A DNA stretch of 64,000 bases from an uncultured Parasporobacterium sp. (GCA_963676435.2 CAXXOZ010000007.1:4359-68358); one strand, 5' to 3'; positions 30,413 through 41,238 are shown, counted from the first letter of the stretch. Program-made: numbers and translations. The notes: generated by a model from the sequence alone, not told the origin.

Positions 30413-32983
30413 ATGAATATAAATAAATTTACACAAAAGTCAATTGAAGCAATAAACAATTGCGAAAAGCTTGTTTATGATAATGGTAATCAGGAAATTT
30501 CACAGGAACATTTTCTTTATAGCCTGTTAGTTCAGGATGAAGGATTAATAAAAAGCTTAGTCTCAAAAATGGGAATCCAACCTGAATTATTAATAAACAG
30601 AGTTGAAGAATTGATATCAAAGAAGCCAAAAGTACAAGGTGGTAAACCATATATCAGCAATGATTTAAATAGTGTTTTAATAAGCGGAGAAGATGAAGCG
30701 AAAAAAATGGGCGACGATTATGTATCAGTTGAACATTTATTTTTAGCGTTACTTAAAAATCTTAATAAGGACTTAAAAGTGGTTTTTAAAGAAATGGGAA
30801 TAGACAGGGATGGATTTTTGCAGGCCCTACAGACAGTAAGAGGTAATCAGAGAGTTACCACTGATAATCCTGAAGCTACATATGATACACTTGGAAAATA
30901 TGGAAGTGATTTGGTTGCTTTAGCAAGAGAGCAAAAGCTTGATCCTGTAATAGGAAGAGATGATGAAATAAGAAATGTTATCAGAATCTTATCAAGAAAA
31001 ACAAAAAATAATCCAGTACTAATCGGAGAGCCTGGAGTTGGTAAAACTGCAGTAGCTGAAGGACTTGCTCAGAGAATTGTAAAAGGAGACGTACCTGAAG
31101 GGCTAAAAGATAAAACAGTATTTTCCCTTGATATGGGTGCTTTAGTAGCTGGCGCAAAATACAGAGGAGAGTTTGAAGAAAGATTAAAAGCGGTATTAGA
31201 AGATGTTAAAAATAGTGAAGGACAAATAATTTTGTTCATTGATGAATTACATACCATTGTTGGAGCTGGAAAAACTGATGGTGCTATGGATGCTGGAAAT
31301 ATGCTTAAACCAATGCTTGCTAGAGGTGAACTACACTGTATAGGAGCGACAACTTTGGATGAATATAGAAAATATATTGAGAAGGATCCAGCACTTGAAA
31401 GAAGATTCCAACCAGTTATGGTTGATGAACCTACAGTAGAAGATACAATTTCTATATTAAGAGGAATAAAAGAAAGATATGAAGTTTATCATGGAGTAAA
31501 AATAACTGATTCAGCCCTTGTAACGGCAGCAGTTTTGTCAAACAGATATATTACAGATAGATTTTTACCAGATAAGGCAATAGATCTGGTAGATGAAGCC
31601 TGTGCTTTAATAAAAACAGAACTAGACTCAATGCCTACAGAACTGGATGAATTAAGAAGAAGGGTGATGCAGCTTGAGGTTGAAGAGGCGGCTCTAAAAA
31701 AAGAAAAAGACAAACTAAGTAATGATCGTTTAACAAACTTAAGAAAAGAGTTAGCAGAGATAAAAGACGAATACAATGTAAAAAAAATAACTTGGGAAAA
31801 CGAAAAAAAATCAGTTGAAAATTTAAGCAAGTTAAGAGAACAGATAGAAGAACTTAACAAGCAAATCGAGGTTGCTGAAAGAAATTACGAGTTGGAAAAG
31901 GTTGCAGAAATGAAATACGGAAAACTACCAGACCTACAAAAGCAACTTGATGCAGAGGAAGAACTTGTGAAAAATCAGGACTTTTCATTAGTGCGAGAAA
32001 GTGTTACAGACGATGAGATAGCAAGAATAATATCCAGATGGACAGGAATACCTGTAGCTAAGCTTACTGAAGGCGAAAGAAATAAAGTTTTAAATATGGA
32101 TAAAATACTACATCAAAGGGTAGTTGGACAGGATGAAGCTGTTACAATGGTTTCAGAAGCAATACTTAGATCAAAAGCAGGTATAAAGGACCCAAATAAA
32201 CCTATAGGAACATTTATGTTTTTAGGACCAACAGGTGTAGGTAAAACAGAGTTAGCAAAAGCTTTGGCTGAAACACTTTTTGATGACGAATCAAATATCG
32301 TTAGAATAGATATGAGTGAATACATGGAAAAACATTCGGTTTCCAGGCTTATAGGAGCTCCTCCAGGATATGTTGGATATGATGAAGGAGGACAGCTAAC
32401 CGAAGCTGTTAGAAGAAAACATTATTCAGTAGTACTGTTTGATGAAATTGAAAAAGCCCACCCTGATGTATTTAATGTATTATTGCAAGTTTTAGATGAT
32501 GGAAGAATTACAGATTCTCAAGGTAGAGTAGTAGATTTTAAAAATACGATAATAATAATGACATCAAATATAGGATCTTCATATCTTTTAGAGGGTACTG
32601 ATGAAAAAGCACAAAACTTGGTTATGGGAGACTTAAGGGCTCACTTTAGGCCAGAATTTTTAAATAGAATTGATGAAATTATTATGTTTAAACCTCTTAC
32701 AAAAGAAAATATTAGTGAAATAATCAATCTTTTACTTGAAGAATTGAATATCCGTTTAAAAGATAAAGAATTATCACTTCGTTTAACAGATAATGCTAAA
32801 GAGTATGTTGCGGATAATAGTTATGATCCGATTTATGGTGCAAGACCTTTAAAAAGATTTTTGCAAAAAAAGGTTGATACACTTGTTGCAAAGAAAATCT
32901 TAGAAGGAAATATTAATGCAGGAGATACAATAGTAATTGATGTTAATAGAGATACGGGCAACTTGGAATCTTTTATAGAATAG
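30413..32983 (+). CDS. clpB: Chaperone/disaggregase ClpB
   Basis: Two AAA modules ([18 protein letters not shown]), long middle coiled-coil domain, start [10 protein letters not shown]. Confidence 0.95.
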   Translation: MNINKFTQKSIEAINNCEKLVYDNGNQEISQEHFLYSLLVQDEGLIKSLVSKMGIQPELLINRVEELISKKPKVQGGKPYISNDLNSVLISGEDEAKKMGDDYVSVEHLFLALLKNLNKDLKVVFKEMGIDRDGFLQALQTVRGNQRVTTDNPEATYDTLGKYGSDLVALAREQKLDPVIGRDDEIRNVIRILSRKTKNNPVLIGEPGVGKTAVAEGLAQRIVKGDVPEGLKDKTVFSLDMGALVAGAKYRGEFEERLKAVLEDVKNSEGQIILFIDELHTIVGAGKTDGAMDAGNMLKPMLARGELHCIGATTLDEYRKYIEKDPALERRFQPVMVDEPTVEDTISILRGIKERYEVYHGVKITDSALVTAAVLSNRYITDRFLPDKAIDLVDEACALIKTELDSMPTELDELRRRVMQLEVEEAALKKEKDKLSNDRLTNLRKELAEIKDEYNVKKITWENEKKSVENLSKLREQIEELNKQIEVAERNYELEKVAEMKYGKLPDLQKQLDAEEELVKNQDFSLVRESVTDDEIARIISRWTGIPVAKLTEGERNKVLNMDKILHQRVVGQDEAVTMVSEAILRSKAGIKDPNKPIGTFMFLGPTGVGKTELAKALAETLFDDESNIVRIDMSEYMEKHSVSRLIGAPPGYVGYDEGGQLTEAVRRKHYSVVLFDEIEKAHPDVFNVLLQVLDDGRITDSQGRVVDFKNTIIIMTSNIGSSYLLEGTDEKAQNLVMGDLRAHFRPEFLNRIDEIIMFKPLTKENISEIINLLLEELNIRLKDKELSLRLTDNAKEYVADNSYDPIYGARPLKRFLQKKVDTLVAKKILEGNINAGDTIVIDVNRDTGNLESFIE

Positions 32984-32987
32984 TATG

Positions 32988-33019
32988 AGAGGCATTACTG
33001 GTAGAACAGTAATGCCTCT
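32988..33019. terminator. Bidirectional terminator between clpB and the ABC-2 operon
   Basis: AGAGGCATTACTG-gtagaa-CAGTAATGCCTCT, a 13-bp perfect stem. Confidence 0.8.
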
Positions 33020-33030
33020 TTATATTGAAC

Positions 33031-34197
33031 CTATGCTTCTTTTCTGTTATTTGCTTTTGCAATGGCAATCGAAATTGCAAATAGTGCTAATGTGTAAACT
33101 GCTACAATTCCTATATAACTAAAAATCTTTAATAAGACTTCATTTGTAATAGCAGTTTGAGAGATTGTTTCATTTACCAGTACGAACCAGTATGTAGGTA
33201 AAAATCTTGAAACCTTTAAAAGCCCATCCCCCAAAAGAAACTGGGGTACTAATCCACCGCTCATAAATGCTAAACCAAGAGATAGAATATTTGAAAGGGC
33301 TATACTTGCTTCTTTTGGCAAAGTGAACTGAGAAATTAGGAAGGATATACTTGTGGCACACAATGCAAACACATATGCATTTATCCAAAATAGTATTATG
33401 CTTAAATTTATGATAAAACTTCCATTAATTATGAAACCTATAATAATTAAAATTGTTGTGGCAATCAATGCAAATATAATGTTTCCAAGAAAAAGCTGTA
33501 GTTGCATGGATTTTAAACTAATTGGAGAAGAAATATTTCTTCTTTTCATATCTAGATTTTGATATGAACTCATAATAATACATATTATGGATGTGAAAAC
33601 AGCTAAAAGTATATATACAAAAAAGTTGTGATATGTTGTCATAAATGAATAAGTACCTGTTTCTTCCATGTCAGTACTTAAGCTTACATTAATGTCGGTT
33701 AATAGGCTATTATTTACAAGCTCAAGAATTTTTGTAGTATCATATTCAGGATACAAACTAAAAAATGTTCTGGCAGTGGAAAGGTAATTATTTATTATTA
33801 TATTTCCAAAATCTGCATAGTTTGAGTCAGGAAAGGTCATTTCTTCTATTGAAACATCATCACCTTTAATAAAAGCATCTGTAAAACCTTCAGGAATAAT
33901 AATTACATGTGTAATCTCATGGAAAAATAGAGAATCTTTTAAATCATCAATATTATTTTCCATTTCAACAAAAGTGTATCTTTCGTCTAAATATTCAAAT
34001 AATCCCTGAACAAGTTCGGTATCTTTGTCATTGTTTATAAAAGTAAAATACAAATCTACATCTTCAAAGTTTTTTTCTGTATCACCTTTTCTTGCAAGCC
34101 CAAAAAAGATTATCATTAGTATAAATATTACAAGGTAAATCATCAAACTTAATTTATGGCTTTTTAAAATTTTGAAATAATTTTTAAATACTTGCAT
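33031..34197 (-). CDS. ABC-2 type transporter permease
   Basis: 388 aa with an N-terminal TM helix, a large extracytoplasmic loop and 5 C-terminal TM helices. Overlaps the upstream permease gene. Confidence 0.75.
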   Translation of the reverse strand: MQVFKNYFKILKSHKLSLMIYLVIFILMIIFFGLARKGDTEKNFEDVDLYFTFINNDKDTELVQGLFEYLDERYTFVEMENNIDDLKDSLFFHEITHVIIIPEGFTDAFIKGDDVSIEEMTFPDSNYADFGNIIINNYLSTARTFFSLYPEYDTTKILELVNNSLLTDINVSLSTDMEETGTYSFMTTYHNFFVYILLAVFTSIICIIMSSYQNLDMKRRNISSPISLKSMQLQLFLGNIIFALIATTILIIIGFIINGSFIINLSIILFWINAYVFALCATSISFLISQFTLPKEASIALSNILSLGLAFMSGGLVPQFLLGDGLLKVSRFLPTYWFVLVNETISQTAITNEVLLKIFSYIGIVAVYTLALFAISIAIAKANNRKEA

Positions 34198-35326
34198 ATT
34201 TTGACCTCCTTGTAAGCAGTATAGTTATAATACCTAAAATAAAGCTAAATAAACTAAGAATAGTGATATTTAAAATATATCTATTTAAATCTTCGTAATA
34301 GTATAAACTATATAAGGCGTCCACAATTAAATTTGCAGGGTTAATATATTTTAAAACAGGTACTGTATTAGCAACAATTATTTTCATATTTGGAACCATT
34401 AAACCAGCAAGAAAGCATCCTGATAAAGAAACAGCTGTAACTATTGAAGATTTTACATCCAGATCTTTTTTTGAAACAGCACCGATAAACCCTCCTAAAA
34501 AAAGACCAAAAAGACAACTTAATAAACATGTTACAATAACCAGTAACATTCTATCTCCAAAGTTTACCCCAAGTATAAATTTTAAAAATGCTAGGAATAT
34601 AAAACAAATTATAACCTGCATTACATATGCAGCACTTAATGAAGCGATTACAAATTTATATTTAGGTACAGGTGAAAGATTTACTCTGGCAGCAGTAAAT
34701 GAGAGATTCGCCTGTATAGAGGTTATTTCCTTTAAACCATAACTTGCAGCAAATAGGCAGGCCATAGCAATCAAAGAATAGTAATAATTTAAAATCATAT
34801 CAGGAGGGTTAGAAACTTGATCGCTATAAGTTACAAAACTACCATTTGAATCAATAATATCAAAATCTATAGAGGTAATATCGTTACCACTTTCACTTAT
34901 AATATTTGTAATAATATTTGATATTCTAGAGTAGGATTCAAGTACGGATTTTATTACAGATTGGTTAATGCCTGATTCCCTTACAATAAGGTCTAAAGAC
35001 TCACCAAAAACTATATAACCTGATATTTCTCCTTGTTTCAGCATATCTTCGGAAGAATCCACATCACTAATGTTAACTTTAAACATTTTTTTTCCTTCAG
35101 AAATTTCTATTTCTTCTAGCGTTTGTGTGAAAGTTTCAAATTCTTCTATAGCTTGACCTTCATTTACTACAGATATTGAAATAGTTTCTAAGGGATCTGC
35201 CGAATAGGCATCAGTCAATGCTAAACCAAAAAACAGAGAAAGAAGAATAGGGAACAATAAGGCCCAAAAAATCATTATCTTTTGATTTAGAAGTATTTTA
35301 ATTCTTGTAAAAAAAATATTTAACAT
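34184..35326 (-). CDS. ABC-2 type transporter permease
   Basis: 380 aa with the same topology as its neighbour. Confidence 0.75.
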   Translation of the reverse strand: MLNIFFTRIKILLNQKIMIFWALLFPILLSLFFGLALTDAYSADPLETISISVVNEGQAIEEFETFTQTLEEIEISEGKKMFKVNISDVDSSEDMLKQGEISGYIVFGESLDLIVRESGINQSVIKSVLESYSRISNIITNIISESGNDITSIDFDIIDSNGSFVTYSDQVSNPPDMILNYYYSLIAMACLFAASYGLKEITSIQANLSFTAARVNLSPVPKYKFVIASLSAAYVMQVIICFIFLAFLKFILGVNFGDRMLLVIVTCLLSCLFGLFLGGFIGAVSKKDLDVKSSIVTAVSLSGCFLAGLMVPNMKIIVANTVPVLKYINPANLIVDALYSLYYYEDLNRYILNITILSLFSFILGIITILLTRRSKYASI

Positions 35327-35339
35327 TTTATAAATCCTC

Positions 35340-36272
35340 CTAATCCCTTAATTCTTTTCCTGTAATTTCTAAAAATACATCATTTAGTGTAGGTGGTTCT
35401 GCGATAATTTCCCCAAAGGGGATATCATTTTTATTTAAGTACTCAAGAATGTTTACAACGGTTTTTTTGCCTTTTGTTGACTTTATTGTCAAAACATCAT
35501 TGATATGTTTTACAGAGTAAATATTAGATAATTCTTTTAATTCTTCAATTTGTTCCTGGCTAATATTTAAAACTTCTATTCTAATCTTTTCGCCCATTGA
35601 AATAAGATTTTTAAGTTCATCCTTGGTGCCCTCAGCTATTATTTTTCCTTTGTCCATTATTCCAATCATTGAACATATCTGTTCAACTTCTTCCATATAA
35701 TGACTTGTGTAAATGACAGTGGCTCCAGCTTTATTCAAATCTTTTATTCCCTGAAGAATTTTATTTCTACTTTGCGGATCTACAGCAACTGTAGGTTCAT
35801 CAAGAATAACAAGCTTTGGCTTGTGAGCTATTCCGCAGGCAATATTAAGTCTTCTAAGCAATCCGCCACTAAGTTTTTTTGGTTTGAAATTTTTATAGTC
35901 TTCTAATGAAACAAAGCTTATGGCCTCTTCAGTAAGGGCTTTAATTTCTTTTTTGTCTTTTTTATACAGACTACAGAAATAATATATATTTTCATAAACT
36001 GATAGTTCATCAAAAACAGCAATATTTTGAAAAATTACACCGATATCCTTTTTTATTTCATATGATGTTGGAGTCATTTCTTTTCCAAAAACAGTAACTT
36101 CTCCTTTGTCATATTTAAGCAATGATAAAATACAATTTATTGTGGTTGTTTTGCCAGATCCATTTGGTCCTAAAAGACCATAAATTTCCCCTTCTTCTAT
36201 TTGGAGATCCAAATGATCAACGGCCACCAAAGATCCATATCTCTTAACAAGATTTTTAATATTTACTACCAT
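35340..36272 (-). CDS. ABC transporter ATP-binding protein
   Basis: GPNGSGKTT, LSGGLLRRL, LDEPT. Confidence 0.9.
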   Translation of the reverse strand: MVVNIKNLVKRYGSLVAVDHLDLQIEEGEIYGLLGPNGSGKTTTINCILSLLKYDKGEVTVFGKEMTPTSYEIKKDIGVIFQNIAVFDELSVYENIYYFCSLYKKDKKEIKALTEEAISFVSLEDYKNFKPKKLSGGLLRRLNIACGIAHKPKLVILDEPTVAVDPQSRNKILQGIKDLNKAGATVIYTSHYMEEVEQICSMIGIMDKGKIIAEGTKDELKNLISMGEKIRIEVLNISQEQIEELKELSNIYSVKHINDVLTIKSTKGKKTVVNILEYLNKNDIPFGEIIAEPPTLNDVFLEITGKELRD

Positions 36273-36353
36273 ATCTTCACACCTTTCTATTAATTATATT
36301 ATTATTATATACTTATCAAATAAAATTAATAGTGATACAAAGCATAATCACAC

Positions 36354-36382
36354 ATGACAAATGTCACTTGTTTTAGTATAAT
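36354..36382 (+). promoter_or_regulatory. Sigma-A promoter of the two-component operon, with a TGACA-aa-TGTCA palindrome over the -35
   Basis: ATGACA, 17-bp spacer, TATAAT. Palindrome at 36355-36366. Confidence 0.5.
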
Positions 36383-36405
36383 GATTCTTGTGAAGGAGAT
36401 AAAAA

Positions 36406-37491
36406 ATGAGGTGGAGTGATAAAACAGTTATATTTTTAATTTGTTCAGGATTATTAATAATTTTTAACTTTTTTGATTATGCTCCAGTAATTTTATGTAC
36501 AGCTATAATCCTCACTTGTGCACACTATATTTTTAAAAATATTGTAATTCATATTGTTTTAGTTTATTTATTTGCTGTTTTATGTTTTTTTATTCCGGAA
36601 TTTATTTTCTTTTTACCACTTATAGTGTATGATAATTTCTTAAAGCCCTTAAAATATACCAATCTTGTTTTAATCCTACCGATGATATACCATTTTAGCT
36701 TAACTAAAGAATACTTACTTATAGTATTATTAATTATGGTGACTATGATACTAAAGTATAAGACTGAAAACCTTATTAGGACAAAAGAAAAACTTATTAG
36801 GACTATGGATGATTCAATCGAATATGGAAATTTATTAAAAGAAAAGAATGAAAGTCTAACAAAGAATCAGGACTATGAAATAAAAGTTGCTACATTGAAT
36901 GAAAGATCAAGGATTTCTAAAGAACTACATGATTCAATAGGTCATATGCTATCAAGGTCATTGATACATGTGGGGGCGATTTCTACAATAAGTAGCGAAA
37001 ATAATGTCAAACAAGAACTGGAAAATTTAAAAGAATATTTATCTGAAGGAATGGATACAGTAAGGGAAACCATTCATAACATGAGAGACGAGTCATTTGA
37101 TTTATATTCAAAATTAAAAGAAATAATCGATGATTTCAAATTTTCTAAAATTGACTTTGAGTACGAAGTTAAAACTCAGCCGCCTATTGAAGTGAAGTAC
37201 TTTATGCTTTCAACATTAAAAGAGACTTTGGCAAATATAATAAGGCATTCTGAAGCCAAAAATGTATATGTTACAGTTATAGAGCATCCAAGTTTATATC
37301 AATTCGTTGTTTTTGATAATGGAAAAGTTCCCTTCGAAACTAGGAAAAAAATAGAGAATTTTATGTTAAGGAATGAAGAGTTAGATGGCATGGGGCTTAG
37401 TGGAATAGTTGAGAGAGTAAATAAATTGAACGGGATAATAAATATTTCTGGTGATAATGGCTTTAAAATATTTGTATCTATAAAAAAGTAA
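36406..37491 (+). CDS. Membrane sensor histidine kinase (HisKA_3, LiaS/DesK-like)
   Basis: Multi-TM N-terminus, ELHDSIGHMLS H-box, C-terminal HATPase (DNG, GMGLSGI). Confidence 0.85.
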   Translation: MRWSDKTVIFLICSGLLIIFNFFDYAPVILCTAIILTCAHYIFKNIVIHIVLVYLFAVLCFFIPEFIFFLPLIVYDNFLKPLKYTNLVLILPMIYHFSLTKEYLLIVLLIMVTMILKYKTENLIRTKEKLIRTMDDSIEYGNLLKEKNESLTKNQDYEIKVATLNERSRISKELHDSIGHMLSRSLIHVGAISTISSENNVKQELENLKEYLSEGMDTVRETIHNMRDESFDLYSKLKEIIDDFKFSKIDFEYEVKTQPPIEVKYFMLSTLKETLANIIRHSEAKNVYVTVIEHPSLYQFVVFDNGKVPFETRKKIENFMLRNEELDGMGLSGIVERVNKLNGIINISGDNGFKIFVSIKK

Positions 37492-37506
37492 AGTTGAGGA
37501 AGTTTG

Positions 37507-38130
37507 ATGAAGGTTATTGTTGTTGATGATGATAAGATTGTGAGCTCATCCCTTAAAGTGATTTTAGAAACAGATCCTGAAATTGAAGTCATAGCTTTAG
37601 GAGAAAGTGGTGAAGAGGCAGTTAAACTTTATAAGAAATTTGTTCCTGATATAATAGTTATGGATATAAGAATGGAATTACTTTCAGGACTAGAAGCAGG
37701 AGAACGGATTATTAAAGAAGCGCCTAATGCAAAAATACTTTTCCTTACTACCTTTTTGGATGATGAGTATATAATAAAAGCTCTTTCAATAGGAGCAAAG
37801 GGCTACATGCTTAAACAAAATTTTGACAGCCTTATTACAGCAATAAAGGCAATTATTAATGGTCAGAATGTTTATGGAACTGAAATAATCACAAAACTCC
37901 CAGAACTTTTAAAAAATAATTCTTCAAAGGGTATGTTTGAAGACAAGGGGATAAGTGAAAAGGAATATAATATAATAGAAAAAATTTCTGATGGGATGTC
38001 CAATAAGGAGATTGCCGAAGTTTTATTTTTAGGAGAAGGAACGGTGAGAAATTATATTAGCCAGATCCTTGAAAAACTCGAACTTAGAGACAGGACCCAA
38101 ATAGCAGTATATTATTATAAAAATATCTAA
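37507..38130 (+). CDS. Response regulator, NarL/LuxR family
   Basis: MKVIVVDDD, DIIVMDIRM, C-terminal HTH (SNKEIAEVLFLGEGTVRNYISQI). Confidence 0.9.
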   Translation: MKVIVVDDDKIVSSSLKVILETDPEIEVIALGESGEEAVKLYKKFVPDIIVMDIRMELLSGLEAGERIIKEAPNAKILFLTTFLDDEYIIKALSIGAKGYMLKQNFDSLITAIKAIINGQNVYGTEIITKLPELLKNNSSKGMFEDKGISEKEYNIIEKISDGMSNKEIAEVLFLGEGTVRNYISQILEKLELRDRTQIAVYYYKNI

Positions 38131-38146
38131 TACTAGGAGAAACCTT

Positions 38147-38545
38147 ATGAGAAAAATACTTTTTATACTTTTATTTACTTTTTTATTTTTAATGGGATGC
38201 TCAGCAAAAGATTCTGTCACAGATCAGACTACTGAGGTTGAAAAAAATTTGCAGTGGCCAGATAATGAATTTACCCAAACTGTATCGAAACCTGATTTCG
38301 GAGTTCTTAAGGGAGCGGTAGAGATTGACGAGGAGTTTTTTGTTTCAGTAACGGACTCGGATTTTGAAGATGTAAAGGATTATGTAGAGATACTTAAAAG
38401 TGAAGGATACAATATAGACCAAAAAGTTTTTGAGGAAGAAGCATTAGGTATAGAAGTATATAATTATACTGCCTCAAATGAAAATGGATATACTGTATAT
38501 ATAGAGTACTCCGTGAGAGTCTGTAGTATAACAATATATAAATAA
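38147..38545 (+). CDS. Small lipoprotein of unknown function
   Basis: MRKILFILLFTFLFLMGC signal peptide plus lipobox. Confidence 0.65.
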   Translation: MRKILFILLFTFLFLMGCSAKDSVTDQTTEVEKNLQWPDNEFTQTVSKPDFGVLKGAVEIDEEFFVSVTDSDFEDVKDYVEILKSEGYNIDQKVFEEEALGIEVYNYTASNENGYTVYIEYSVRVCSITIYK

Positions 38546-38548
38546 CAA

Positions 38549-38586
38549 GAAGCGATAACCATAAATGGAATAATGGATATCGCTTC
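38549..38586. terminator. Bidirectional terminator hairpin
   Basis: GAAGCGATA-20 nt-TATCGCTTC between convergent genes. Confidence 0.65.
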
Positions 38587-38593
38587 ATTTCTT

Positions 38594-39655
38594 TTATTTC
38601 TTTTTCTTTTTATCAATAATTTCTAAAGTATAATATGCACCTGCAACATAAAGTCCCATAATAGGAATATAGTCAGTAAAAATATTTAACAAGGAGTCAT
38701 CAGTAGTATCTAAGGAGATTCTAATTGAACTTTCTGTAGAATCTTCGCTATAGATTTCACTTGAAGAAATTTCTGAATCGCTGTCAGAGCTGCTATCTTC
38801 AGAGGTAGCTTCAGTAGTGGTTTCGGTAGCCGCTTGGGTTGTTTCCTCTTCAGTGTCTACTTCAGCTGTATAGCTTTCAAAATATGCTTCAGCCTGACTT
38901 GCCTGCACAACGCCTTTATTACATTGAGGTCTTAATAATGAGCAATGTCTGTGACACGCGGTACAGTATAAATTTCCTAAAAAGTCATTTAAAGTATCTC
39001 CATCTTCAATAGTTACTCCGTTATAAGAACTTTCTGAGCTGTATGAAGTTGCAATTGTTGTGACTTCTGTTGTGGCTATATCGCTTGTAGAATATGTATC
39101 TTCAGTTACATCAGGAAGTATTGAAGTAGCTATATCTCTGTCAAAAGAAGCCTTTACGCCAAGAATAGCGAGAATTAAAGCCAAAGCTCTAAGTATAAAA
39201 GTTCTTACAGGATTTTTTCCCTTTATACCAAAAATTTTTCTAAAAACTCCAAGTATCATTTTCCAATGGAAACCAAGATGAACAGCAATCATTATGATTT
39301 CAAGGAATGCTGTTAATCTATGTATATATACCCAGCTTCCAAGTTCGATTATACCTAGGAAAATAAAGAGATGTTTTGAAATAATTAGAGAACTTATTAA
39401 AAGGAAAATACTATTTACAGTTAATAATAAATTGATTATTACTTTAAGTACATCTTTGTAGTTTTTATTTTTACTTTTAATAATAGATACAAACCATCTA
39501 ATATTTAAAAGGTTATGAATAATAATCATTAGAAGTACAGCTGTTCCTAGTACTTCGTGCCAAAATGAACCACTTACCTCATACCCCATTAAAACTATCA
39601 TTATTATTGTCATTGCTAAATCAAGCAACATTTTTATTTTGAATTTTGTAGTCAT
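38594..39655 (-). CDS. Multi-TM membrane protein (DUF4405-like) with Cys cluster and acidic S/T/E-rich region
   Basis: The N-terminal half has multiple TM helices with conserved His residues. These are followed by CTACHRHCSLLRPQC, long T/S/E/D low-complexity stretches, and a C-terminal TM helix. Confidence 0.55.
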   Translation of the reverse strand: MTTKFKIKMLLDLAMTIIMIVLMGYEVSGSFWHEVLGTAVLLMIIIHNLLNIRWFVSIIKSKNKNYKDVLKVIINLLLTVNSIFLLISSLIISKHLFIFLGIIELGSWVYIHRLTAFLEIIMIAVHLGFHWKMILGVFRKIFGIKGKNPVRTFILRALALILAILGVKASFDRDIATSILPDVTEDTYSTSDIATTEVTTIATSYSSESSYNGVTIEDGDTLNDFLGNLYCTACHRHCSLLRPQCNKGVVQASQAEAYFESYTAEVDTEEETTQAATETTTEATSEDSSSDSDSEISSSEIYSEDSTESSIRISLDTTDDSLLNIFTDYIPIMGLYVAGAYYTLEIIDKKKKK

Positions 39656-39698
39656 ATAAATTTCTCTCCTTTAGTTATTAATAGGAGTTTATATGAGG

Positions 39699-39718
39699 AA
39701 TGTGACAGTAATGTGACA
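39699..39718 (-). promoter_or_regulatory. Tandem direct repeat upstream of the DUF4405-like gene (candidate response-regulator site)
   Basis: AATGTGACA-gt-AATGTGACA on the + strand (TGTCACATT x2 on the gene strand), 11-bp periodicity. Confidence 0.35.
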
Positions 39719-39739
39719 ATTTAATAATAATTTTGAAAA

Positions 39740-40516
39740 TTAAAAAAATATGAATTGATTTCTTGAGTTCCATAAAGTTTTATAACCAAAATATAAAGAA
39801 CCAAATGAAGCAAGACATACGACTGCACAGATGGATATTACTATTGCAATCTGGTATAAAATTGCAGTTAAAGGAAGAGTGCCTGATAGAATTTGACCAG
39901 TCATCATCCCTGGTAGAGAAACAACACCCATTCCAAGCATTGAGTTTAAGGTGGGTAATAGAGCAGTTTCAAAAGCCTGTCTGACAAAAGGTAATAGTAT
40001 ATCTTTTGGTCTTGCTCCAATATTTAGCAATGCCTCAATTTGAGATCTTTGTCCATATAAGCTTTCTCTAAATGTTTTAATTCCTAAAGTAACACCAGTC
40101 ATAGTATTTCCCATTATCATACCTGCAATAGGAATGACATATTGTGGATTAAAAATACTTTCTCCAACAATAAAGAAAATAAAGAAGATGATTGTGAATA
40201 AACCTGAAAGCGTTATAGTTATTCCTATTATAATTTTAAAGTTTATGTTTAATGTTTTATTTTTTGAGATGACTCTGTATATTGTGAATATTGTCATTAT
40301 TGCTACATATGCAATAGTAAATGAAGGGTGAGGATTTTTAAATATAAATGTCAATATAAGCCCTGCAAGTATTAATTGAACCGTCATTCTCATACTAGCC
40401 CAAACTAAAAGTTTTGACTGATCTATACGACATATTTTCATGACTATCATAACTAGTATTAAAAGCAAGTATACTAATAAAAACTGCCAGATTTGCAACT
40501 GTACAATTCCGCTCAT
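39740..40516 (-). CDS. UPF0014/FetB(YbbM)-like ABC permease
   Basis: 258 aa, about 7 TM helices. Size and pairing with a short ABC ATPase match FetAB; by recollection only. Confidence 0.6.
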   Translation of the reverse strand: MSGIVQLQIWQFLLVYLLLILVMIVMKICRIDQSKLLVWASMRMTVQLILAGLILTFIFKNPHPSFTIAYVAIMTIFTIYRVISKNKTLNINFKIIIGITITLSGLFTIIFFIFFIVGESIFNPQYVIPIAGMIMGNTMTGVTLGIKTFRESLYGQRSQIEALLNIGARPKDILLPFVRQAFETALLPTLNSMLGMGVVSLPGMMTGQILSGTLPLTAILYQIAIVISICAVVCLASFGSLYFGYKTLWNSRNQFIFF

Positions 40517-41145
40517 TATAAGGTCTCCTTGTTTATATAAATTATATTATCAGCATATTTTTCGGTTAATGTTTTATTATGGCTGATAACAACTAAAGTA
40601 ATGCTATTTTCCTTACAAAAATTTTTAATGTTGTTAAAAAAGTCATTGGCAGTTTTTTCATCCAAAGCACTTGTTGGTTCATCAAGCATTAAAACTTTAG
40701 GATTAAAAGATAAACAGATTGCAATAAAAGCCCTTTGTTTTTCTCCACCCGACATTTTTTCGCAAAGAAAGTCCGTTGGCATTTTAAGACAGCAGAGATT
40801 TAAATACTTCTTAATGGTATCTTCATTTGGAGGACTTTGGTTCCTATAGCTGTAAAATTCCTCAAAGTTCTTTTTTATTGAACCATCAAAAAGAAAAACA
40901 CTTTGAGATACCAAAAGCATTTCTTTTCTTAATCTTATAGTGTCAATGTTATTTATATTTTCTCCATTAAAATAAATATAACCAGTTGCTCCATTAATTG
41001 TAGAGTTTAGTATTTTTAACAAAGTACTTTTTCCAGCACCGCTTTCCCCGCTGATAAATGTTGCTTTGTTTAAGGGTATAGAGATATCTGAATAGTGGAT
41101 TAAATTTAAAAAATTTACATTGTCAATCCTTATTATATTTTCCAA
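40516..41145 (-). CDS. FetA(YbbL)-like ABC ATP-binding protein
   Basis: GESGAGKST, MSGGEKQR, LMLDEPTSALD, 209 aa. Stop overlaps the permease start. Confidence 0.8.
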   Translation of the reverse strand: MENIIRIDNVNFLNLIHYSDISIPLNKATFISGESGAGKSTLLKILNSTINGATGYIYFNGENINNIDTIRLRKEMLLVSQSVFLFDGSIKKNFEEFYSYRNQSPPNEDTIKKYLNLCCLKMPTDFLCEKMSGGEKQRAFIAICLSFNPKVLMLDEPTSALDEKTANDFFNNIKNFCKENSITLVVISHNKTLTEKYADNIIYINKETL

Positions 41146-41207
41146 TGGTTCCTCCTAAAGTAAAATATATTCTATTATAGCATGAAAGATACAAAAAAAT
41201 ATTTTAA

Positions 41208-41236
41208 TTGACACATTTTAAATTATAATATAGAAT
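41208..41236 (+). promoter_or_regulatory. Sigma-A promoter of the metal-resistance operon
   Basis: TTGACA, 17-bp spacer, TAGAAT. Confidence 0.6.
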
Positions 41237-41238
41237 GA

